DNA of 63,238 nt, counting the filler, from Cercozoa sp. M6MM (Eukaryota > Protista > Endomyxa: Ascetosporea): NCBI GenBank assembly GCA_040357565.1. It is 11 parts of 11 records of this genome, joined end to end, with 100 filler letters (N's around TTAATTAATTAA, not from the genome) between each part and the next. Parts side by side here need not be neighbours in the genome. Positions count along the whole stretch, not along the records: positions 54,892 to 60,175 come from JBDODJ010000931.1; positions 60,276 to 62,020 come from JBDODJ010001930.1; positions 62,121 to 63,238 come from JBDODJ010002161.1; 8 more parts are not named here. One strand, written 5' to 3'. Within the stretch, counting starts at the first letter, position 1; the number at the start of each line of letters is the position of its first letter. Below are positions 54,963 to 63,238 of the stretch, piece after piece. The notes beneath the pieces are model-generated. The model made no database searches and was not told where the DNA came from. It was given only the letters and a program-made list of their open reading frames with translations. The position numbers and the translations under genes are program-made.

Positions 54963-56150
54963 ATGAAGACGAGCGTGAGCAAAAAAGCCGTGTTCGAAAT
55001 CAAAGCTGCCAGCGCCGACGGCGTTGCCAAGGTACTGTTAACCCCCACAGTACCCCTCTCGCTTTACCCCTCCCCCAGTGGGCCAGTGCGCCGGTGCGTG
55101 TCACAGTGAACGGTCGGTGTCTGCGGCGGCGGCGCAGCGAGGACGTCGAACTCGTCGAGTGTGGCGAGGAAGAAACGCTGCTCATGCTGCGCGTGCTGAC
55201 CGATTTTACTGTGTACTTATGCCCCATTTACCCCCCCCCCCCCCATTTACCCCTGCCCCTCCTTTGCCCCTCTTTTGCCTCTTTACCCCTTTACTCCTTT
55301 ACTCCCTCTTCTCAGGCAAGACTCGCCGCATCTGGACGCACGCGCTATCGTGGCACTCGCGCTACCGCAGAGCGACTCGCTCAAGTGGCTTGCTGTCGAT
55401 GTACCACCCGCTCCTCCCCTAATTAGTCTAAGCTGTGTGTCCAAATGTACCGTATCTGCAGGACAGGACTGGTCGAGTGATGTTGCACGATGCGTGGCAG
55501 GTGCACAATTGGGAACTTTTCACGCTGCATGGCACTGTCGCGCTCGAGCCTGGTGCAGTTTGCCCCCTTTACCCCTACCCCTTACCCCCCTTGCCCCTAC
55601 CCCCTTTATTCCGTCCTACCCCCAACAGGTGTGCGGAATGTGCCGAAGCAGTGGCCGCCGTGGTCGCGTACCTGCGCAGCCTACCACGCACGTGTACGAG
55701 GGTGCCTGTGCTTTAAGACCCTACCCCCCTTACTTAGTTTACCCCCACTTCTACCCCCAGGCTGCACGTGTGTGCGTACGACAACATGCCCAAGAGTCTC
55801 TCGGTGCGTGTGCCCGATGAACCTGACCTCGCTATCGATGGGCATGCCATTCACTACAGTCTCTTGGCTGGCGGTACTGCCGTGTTTCTCCATCCCCCTT
55901 CTCCCTTCCCCTAAACCCTTCTCCCCCAGACGCGATGAAGGAGTCGCAGCAGTCGCGTGCGTTGCGACTGCTGGCGCCGGCATTCCCGTGGCACTCCAAC
56001 GGCAACGTCGTGCCGCAGCATGTACCCCTTCCCCCTCTACCCCCTACCTCTCCTCTATCTGCATTGCTGCAGGTACCGCATTCAATGGAATGGGAAGCCC
56101 CACTGTCGGCTGTGCAACTCGCCCATCTAGTACTTGATAAAACACTTTAA
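54963..56150 (+). CDS. hypothetical protein (8 exons, C-rich introns)
   Basis: MKTSVSKK.. to ..LVLDKTL-TAA with consistent GT-AG splicing. Confidence 0.55.
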
Positions 56151-56573
56151 AGTTACCTATAAATGCAGGAGATATAACCTTGTGTTTACAGAGAAAGATT
56201 CGCCCGCGATTGCACATTCGCAACAAGGGCGAACAGCTCCGATCGGTCGTGCAACTCCTCGTGTGCCGCTGTCCGATGCTCGGTAGAACCATGTCATTGT
56301 CCGAAGATATCTTTATCGGATCCAAATCTTATTTAGACGAAGAGAAGCCTGAGACTCCGTCGCGTTAAACTGTTCGAGCTTGGTTAGTTTTAAGGTGTCT
56401 AGCGCTTTGTGCTTGCATTTGACCGCGCCGATGCCACCGTGCGATCGATGGTCGATTTAATTTTTGCGTTGTGTTCCGCTCGTGGTCGTGTGCCGACGCG
56501 TGCCGTTGCTTGCGTTGTTGATCGGTTGATTTAATTGCTACTTGGTTCAAATTCCGTCAGTCTACTTGATACA

Positions 56574-56823
56574 GCAGCCTTTAGTGATTCAGGCTTTATC
56601 AGTGCAGAAGAGTACTATGCCAGGAAAAATACTAAAACAAGTATTGAGTCAATAGGCGTAGTCAGTTAGGTAGTTACACCAAGATGGGGTCGGCACAGTA
56701 CAGGAAGATAGACTGGTTGGGAAGAAAGAGAGGCCCGGTTGCAGTCAGAAGAAGGAAGTAAGGATAAGGGAGGGACGTAAAAAGGCTCTCTGTGCTGGCA
56801 ACAAGGGAATACGCGTGAGCACA
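56574..56823. mobile_element. dispersed repeat, copy 2
   Basis: Diverged copy of 48481-48755 on a different contig. Confidence 0.7.
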
Positions 56824-57211
56824 ACTACAGCATTGTGAGGCTTCTACCTTGCATTGTCAAACGTTGCGCATACCTGACTTCCTAGCTTGGGTCAAGCTTT
56901 CTACAGCTCACGCACTTTGACTGCAGGTATCTCTTCTCCAGCTTCCTTCTATGGAGCTCTTGTCCCTTCGCACTTGATACGTTCTGCGTGATAGTGCTTG
57001 GGCTGTTCTTTTAATTGCCATCAACAAGCCTTCGAGCTTTCGACGACCTTTTCCACAAAGGTATGTCTTCTAATCCTCCGCATCGACGCCATTCTAGCTG
57101 ACGTTTTGCTTCCTCTATTTAGTCGTTTTCAATACCTTAGTTACTGGCTTCCATACCGTAACAGCATCAAACGGATCTACGTAGATCAACGTTAGACCCC
57201 GTCGGGTACGC

Positions 57212-57554
57212 TTCTAGAACTACATGCACCTAATTCTAGAAGTGGGCACTATTTCTAGAACTACATGCCCGAATTCTAGAAGAGGCACTGTTTGTAGAAA
57301 TAGGGAGGCCTCTTGACCGTCCGTCAGGACATTTCTAGTATTACCTGCACATCGCCGCCCTAATTCTAGAAATATCCAAGACCTGGTTTTTACTTCTAGA
57401 AACAACGAAGACAGGGTGTATATTTCTAGAAATAACCCAAGTCGTGTCTCTCAGTTCTAGTAGCAACCAGCCTGAGAGTGCGTATTTCTAGAAGTAGGGC
57501 CATTTTCGCTCGGCTGCAGCAGCAAGTGACAAAATAAGCTCTGTGTTTCTAGAA
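57212..57554. repeat. phased array of 12 TTCTAGAA palindromes with unique spacers
   Basis: Sites start at 57212, 57234, 57253, 57274, 57292*, 57333*, 57364, 57394, 57424, 57455*, 57486 and 57547 (* = one mismatch). Confidence 0.9.
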
Positions 57555-57823
57555 GTAGGACACGCTTGCAATAGCCTACCACGCAGCCCAAGTCCTCGCT
57601 GACGAGCTTGTCCTACTTGGACGCTGCACCCGGAACCATGGGCGAACCATAGTTGACGGGCAGTGAGACTTTGTTGTTCCGCAGGCCTACTAGCGGATGT
57701 ACGGCTGGGATGCTGAAATGACTGTTTTGTAGTTAAGAAGAAAAATAATTAACTAACCTGTTCTGTCATGGGTCAGATTTTAAATTCAGCCGCGCAGACG
57801 ACGTGAACAGGGGGAAGTTTTGC

Positions 57824-58625
57824 TTAAAATTTGGGCACATTCACTTCAACATTGTGCCCGTAGAGCCCGCACGGCGACTCCGATTTGAAGGATTTTCGGA
57901 AAACGACAGTGACAACGGTGAGCGGTTCCAGTTCTGTGAGAGTTGTTCGTCCTCTGGCTTCGCGCATGCTTGGGCAGGTTATGGCAAGGACTGCAACAAC
58001 TTCGGTCAAGTTGTTGTGCTTGACGTAGTCGCTGGCCGAAGGTAGTTTGAATCTGTCTTGTTGGTACCTCGTAACAAGGCCCGACTGCAAGCAACTCACG
58101 GCGGGTGTCGGAACCCGGGTAGCAAACGTGGTGACAATATCTTGCAGCGACACCATTACACCACGCGCAGTGCCGATCTTAAAACTACGTGTGCGCCGCA
58201 AAGGATTCTGTCTGCTGGGTTTGGTGACTCGTTTCGATAGTGTCCTAGACCCAGCGTTCTTTCCGAAAATGAACACGTCGTCTGCATTCGACATACCCAC
58301 GACGACGGACCGGGCATCTCTATTGATTTGTCTCGCCGTTTCTGGTGTGAATCAAAGGATGAGGTCGATCAAGATTCCTAGTTCCGTGCGTTGTACCTTC
58401 GGGAAAGAGTGGACACGGGACGTGCACAGTTGGTATCACCAACGATGGCGTCATCTTAAACAGAGCCGTTGCTATTGTCGCTTGCGTCGCTTGCTCTCGT
58501 CTAATCTTTTCGAGTAGCGTTCCACCGGCGGCTTGTTCGTCGGCGAGATGGCTAGTCAGCTGCATGGCCCCAATGACGGACGCGGGAAAAGGACAACTGT
58601 AGTCCCGGATACGCTTCCGATTCAT
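57824..58625 (-). pseudogene. orphan spliced gene with in-frame TGA (pseudogene or recoded)
   Basis: Exon MNRKRIRD..KMTPSL|gt..ag|VQRTELGILIDLIL-TGA(58354-58352)-FTPETARQ.., continuing in frame into ORF 57824-58300. Confidence 0.35.
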
Positions 58626-59083
58626 GAGCTAAGCTGCGAAAGAACAACAACAACAAAAAAAAAACGAAAAGTAGCTAAAGGCATTGCAAGGAATTAGGGA
58701 ATCGTGTGTCCCTGATCAATATTGTCTATCACAAGAGACAAGGCGTAAACCTGATAAGAGAAGGCCTGTATACCCCCTCTCAATGGTGCCACTCCGTTAA
58801 TTATGGCCGCGTTGTGCGCGGGCGGTACAGTACAGTATCATCACCTGTAGCCACCGAGCCAGCCTCAGCGACCCGTGTCGGTTCTGCGGCTTGGCGAGCT
58901 ATTCGCCGGCGTGTGCTGGATATGAGTGATGTTTGCGCAACCAGAGTCCTTAGTCCTGCACTCTGAGTGCGGACGCCAGCACACAGCCCCGTTTGGCTGT
59001 GAGTGAGTCGTCGTTGGTGCGTTGCGGTTTCGGTTTCAAAGTTCCTGTGTGTGTAAATTTTTTTGGTTGGTGGTGTGTGATGG

Positions 59084-59906
59084 ATGTCCTGGATGCGGCA
59101 GGACGAACTCGACGACACTGATTTCCTCGAGGAGACATTCAAAGCGCACGGCGCCGATGGTCCAGCCTTGCTTTTGGTATATGTCTGCTTGTCGATGCCT
59201 CATTGCAGTCAATGCGTTTTTGATACACAGGAGGTTGATGCGACGGGCGGTGACTTGGATCGGCATGCACAAGGTGCAATGTGGCTGTGAGACAGACGTC
59301 GAGCTTTTCCCGTGCTGGTATCCTACCTTTCGCTTTGCTGTCTCGTCTCTTGTTGTTGTTCATGTAATCATTTTTGTATCCCTCAGAAGTCGAGTTTTGT
59401 GGGCCTCACAGAGGCGCAGTACACTAAATTCGTCAACAACCCGACCGACAAACAGACGTCGAAGGTGTTGCGTCGCTTGTTGTCCTGCGGCTCACACTCC
59501 CGTATTAGTTCCGTATTAGTTCAGTTCGTTGCCTGCTGTGATCCCTCGCCCTGCTTGTGACTGTTGTATGTTTTCAGGCATCGATTTCTTCTTTGGACCT
59601 GCGTTGTTTTTGGGGTACGGTGACGCCATGCGAAAAGCAGACTCGTCAACGCGGCTGCAGCTCAGTGGCAACGATTCCTTTTCGGATACCGACAAGAGTC
59701 TTGTCATGCTTTGGTATAGGCTATGGAAGTCGCTTTTCGTACGTTTCTTTGCTTGGCGATCTTCCTCATCGTACTGGTTTTTTCACCTTGCTTTTAACGG
59801 ACAGAAGCAGGAAGATTTCGATGGGTGTCTAGACGAATTCGACGACATGGAAGACCTTGACAGTGCGCCTGTCGAACCAACCCCAAAACGACAGAAGCTG
59901 CGCTGA
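59084..59906 (+). pseudogene. orphan spliced gene with in-frame TGA (pseudogene or recoded)
   Basis: MSWMRQDELD..|EVDAT..AMWL-TGA(59288-59290)-DRRRAFPVL|KSSFVG..|..PTPKRQKLR (NLS-like); downstream intron phase only fits if the TGA is read through. Confidence 0.4.
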
Positions 59907-60275
59907 GTCGACGGTACTTATTTGGTACTTTTTTCTTCTTCAGTATTGTACTTTTCATATGTTGCTGCCCTCGAATAGACGAACAGCTGAATGGTGACGA
60001 TGATAGTTATGCGACTCGGGCAAACGAGAATCCATCTGTCGTCGTGTCGGACTTTGCGTCAACTTAAGGTTTTTTCTTGCTTCGAGTTGACAGTGGTTCT
60101 GGAACTTCAATTCAAGTTCTAGAACCGCGGTTAATGGCGGATCTGTTTCCTGCAGAAACCGAGCCAAAACTGTAANNNNNNNNNNNNNNNNNNNNNNNNN
60201 NNNNNNNNNNNNNNNNNNNTTAATTAATTAANNNNNNNNNNNNNNNNNNNNNNNNNNNNNNNNNNNNNNNNNNNN

Positions 60276-61971
60276 CTCGGCGTCAAGAACGACCTCACGC
60301 CGGTATGTCTGAGTGACCACGTGACTCACTGAGTGACCACGTGACTCACTGAGTGACCACGTGTGACTCGGTTGGCACGTGCCACTGTGTGTGTCTGCGC
60401 AGGAGTCGGTGCAGCACCTGTCGCGCGTGTACCGCACCTCGCGTGTCTGGCAGGTGCGTTTCTCTCTCTCTCTTGCCACTGAGTGACCACGTGTCCCGGT
60501 GGACCACGTGTCATACTGACTGAGTGACTGGGTGAGTGACTGGATGGGTGACGGTGTGACTGCACAGTCACTGCTGGGCGACGCCGTTCTGGAAGACGGC
60601 AGCACGGGCCACTCGCCGCTGTTCGACCTGGTTTTNNNNNNNNNNNNNNNNNNNNNNNNNNNNNNNNNNNNNNNNNNNNNNNNNNNNNNNNNNNNNNNNN
60701 NNNNNNNNNNNNNNNNNNNNNNNNNNNNNNNNNNNTACCCCCTTACCCCCCCCGTGTGTACAGGTGCTCTCAGTTCGAGATCGACCAGTCGCTGCCGTGG
60801 CTGGTACTGTGTCCGTATGTACCACAATGTGTGTCCGTATGTACCGCGATGTGTGTCCATATGTACCGCGATGTGTGTACATATGTACAACGTGTCCGTA
60901 TGTACCATGATGTGTCCATATGTACACTGCAGCTGACGGACTTTGTGTTGCGAACGCCGTCGCTGCAGGTTTTTCAACCCCTACCCCCTTACCCCTCCCC
61001 TACCCCCTACCCCCTTACCCCGACCCTTGCCCGCGACCCTACCCTACCCCTACCCTACCCCCTTTACCCCCCTGTGGGCAGGCCAACGCGCTGCTGGTGC
61101 TGGAGTGCTACGACGACGCCGGCACGCGCGCGCTGAAGCACTTCGCGCAGCAGTTTCTCTTCGACGAGCTGCAGGCCGAGTTGGTATCTCTCCGCACTGA
61201 CTGAGTGACCACGTGACTGAGTGACCACCTGACTGAGTGACCACGTGTGTGCAGGACCTGGCCTTTGATCAGTTCGTGTACCTCGTGTCGGAGCGGATCT
61301 TTGCGCACTGCAAAACACTGGCGGCGCAGCGACAGCTGCCGGACGAGCTGGTGGCTTTACCCCCCTTACCCCCTACCCCCCTTACCCCCTACCCCCTACC
61401 CCCTTACCCCCTTACCCCTACCCCCTACCCTCCTTACCCCCCTTACCCCCCCCCCCCCCAGGTGGAGAGCTGGCGGCAGAAGGAGCGGCTGCGCGTGCGA
61501 CTGCAGTCGAAGCGACACAAGAAACTCCTGCGGCAGTACCTGGAGCACCGCGTACCTCCTGCTTGTCCCGAACAAGCCTGTCCGAAACAAGCGTGTTGCC
61601 TGGTGTGACAGGAGGGTGAGGCACCGGCGCCGCCGCGGTCCGCGCGGATGCTCGAAATTGCGAGTGCGCGCTATGGCACTCTGATGTCGCAGCGACATGT
61701 GCGACTCCTGGGTCGGTAGGCACACGTGCTCACTGACTGGGACTCTCACTGCACGTGCTCACTTATTGATCTGGCACGTGCTCACTGTAGGGCCGTCGAT
61801 CTGCACGGTTTGATCGCCGAACGACTCAACGCGCACTTTCGCGAGGTGGACGAGTTTACCCCCTTTTACCCCCCTTTTTACCCCCCTGTTTACCCCCACC
61901 CTTTTACCCCCCTTTTTACCCCCCTGTTTTGGTAGGCGCTGGACCTGGCTCTGCGAAGGTTTGAGAGCAAG
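60276..61971 (+). CDS. CYFIP: CYFIP/Sra-1/PIR121 (WAVE regulatory complex), internal fragment
   Basis: QFEIDQSLPW|LTDFVL, YDDAGTRALKHFAQQFLFDELQAEL|DLAFDQFVYLVSERIF, VDLHGLIAERLN..ALDLALRRFES match CYFIP ([34 protein letters not shown]). Confidence 0.9.
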
Positions 61972-62143
61972 GTGTGCTTTACCCCCTGCCCCCTTTGCCC
62001 CCCTTTACCCCCCCCCCCCCNNNNNNNNNNNNNNNNNNNNNNNNNNNNNNNNNNNNNNNNNNNNTTAATTAATTAANNNNNNNNNNNNNNNNNNNNNNNN
62101 NNNNNNNNNNNNNNNNNNNNCCCCCCCCCCCCCGTCCCTCCAG

Positions 62144-63077
62144 GTAACCTTCCAAGGCGAGGGCGGTCAGGACGCCGGCGGACTCTACCGCGACACGCTG
62201 TCGCACGTGTGCGCCGAGTTGCAGGTAGATCATCCGCCGCTCACTGAGGCACACACATGTGGTGTGTGTATATGCACGTATGGCATGTAGCACGAGCACC
62301 TGCTGCTGCACGCCGACACCGAGCGGCGCGTTGTCTTCTTGGTAGTGTTTACCCCCCCCCCCTCACCACCCCCTTTACCCCCTTACCCCCCGGTGCAGTT
62401 GACGCCGACGCCGAACAATCGCGAGCGACTGGGCGAGGCGCAGGAGCGTTTCTTGCCGTCGCCGTCCGCGCGGTCGCCGCAGCAGATATCGCAACTGGTA
62501 CAACTATCTCAATGGTCAGTCTGAGTGGTCGCTCAGTTGGCACGTGCTCACTGGGTCGGTGTAGGAGTTCCTGGGTCGACTGCTTGGCGTCGCCATTCGC
62601 AGCGAGGGTAGTTTTACCCCCCACCTTACCCCTTACCCCTACCCCCCTGTGATTGGACAGGTCGCACCAGTCTGAATCTCGACTTGTCGGAACTCGTGTG
62701 GCGCATGCTTGTCAAGTAGTTTTGTTGCTTTACCCCCCTGTTTACCCCCCCCCNNNNNNNNNNNNNNNNNNNNNNNNNNNNNNNNNNNNNNNNNNNNNNN
62801 NNNNNNNNNNNNNNNNNNNNNNNNNNNNNNNNNNNNNNNNNNNNNNNNNNNNNCCCCCTTGCCCCCCTTACCCCCCCCCGCCAACAGCGACGCGTCTTTG
62901 CAGTACGAAGCGGTGGCGGCGTGGCGCACGCGCGAAGCCATCCCGGCGGATGCGATGCGACTGCTGCGCCGCGTGGACGCCGCCTGCGCCGAGCAGCTGC
63001 TGCGCTTCCGCGCGGACGACTCGTCGGTGTCGTGGCGTTTCCCGTCGCTCGACACGCGTCTCGTCGACCTGCGGCAG
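62144..63077 (+). CDS. HECT-domain E3 ubiquitin ligase (HERC-like), internal fragment
   Basis: VTFQGEGGQDAGGLYRDTLSHVCAELQ, LTPTPNNR..G..QERFLPSP, EFLGRLLGVAIRS, LNLDLSELVWRML. Confidence 0.85.
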
Positions 63078-63087
63078 TAGGCTTATC

Positions 63088-63238
63088 TCCCTGTCTTACC
63101 CCCTGCCTTACCCCCTGTCATACCCCCTCTTACCTCCCTCTTACTCCCCTCTTACCTCCCTCTACTCCCCTCTTACCTCCCCTGTCTTACCCCCCTCTTA
63201 CCTCCCCTGTCTTACCTCCCTCTTACCTCCCTCTACTC
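63088..63238 (+). repeat. degenerate (TTACCYCCCTC/TGTC)n C-rich intronic repeat
   Basis: Direct inspection; follows a GT donor of the HECT gene. Confidence 0.8.

Noticed and set aside
56830-57190. Possible degenerate reverse-transcriptase fragment on the minus strand
   Set aside because: Stops in all frames and no YxDD or other diagnostic motif.
57212-57554. CRISPR array
   Set aside because: The repeat is only 8 bp, there are no cas genes and the context is eukaryotic; kept as a phased palindrome array instead.
59288-59290. Genome-wide TGA reassignment or a selenoprotein
   Set aside because: I saw no internal TGA in the conserved genes (Trp is TGG), some genes appear to end in TGA, and there is no redox motif or evident SECIS; retained only as a local observation.
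63088-63238. Chromosome telomere at the window end
   Set aside because: The repeat is degenerate, follows a splice donor inside the HECT gene and resembles other intronic C-rich repeats.

Overview
Eukaryotic (protist-like), gene-dense and intron-rich nuclear DNA. The window is not one locus: it is 11 short contigs joined by ten artificial 100-nt linkers (N44-TTAATTAATTAA-N44), so synteny across linkers means nothing. I spliced genes by hand using GT-AG introns (mostly about 50-200 nt) and recognised them from remembered family motifs; no database searches were run. Recognisable genes are WDR44 (3' end), an FN3 single-pass membrane protein, CFAP206, CWC15, BUB3, a GRK-like RGS/RH N-terminus, APH-1, a DUSP19-like tandem phosphatase, ELP3, NUP98 (FG repeats + GLEBS), SUA5, an Era GTPase, a VPS39/TGFBRAP1-like C-terminus, argininosuccinate lyase, a candidate KNL1/Spc105, a ferlin C-terminus, CYFIP/Sra-1 and a HERC-like HECT ligase, plus several hypothetical proteins. 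The most unusual non-genic signal is a helically phased array of 12 TTCTAGAA palindromes (57212-57554) with about 20-bp then 30-31-bp spacing and unique spacers. It sits next to a divergent pair of orphan spliced genes that each carry one in-frame TGA. Introns are also atypical: GTAC-dominated donors and strand-oriented repeat 'dialects' (TACCCC, GT, CT, donor-derived minisatellites, GAGTGACCAC). A diverged repeat of about 270 bp is shared by two contigs. No rRNA, tRNA or CRISPR features were found.
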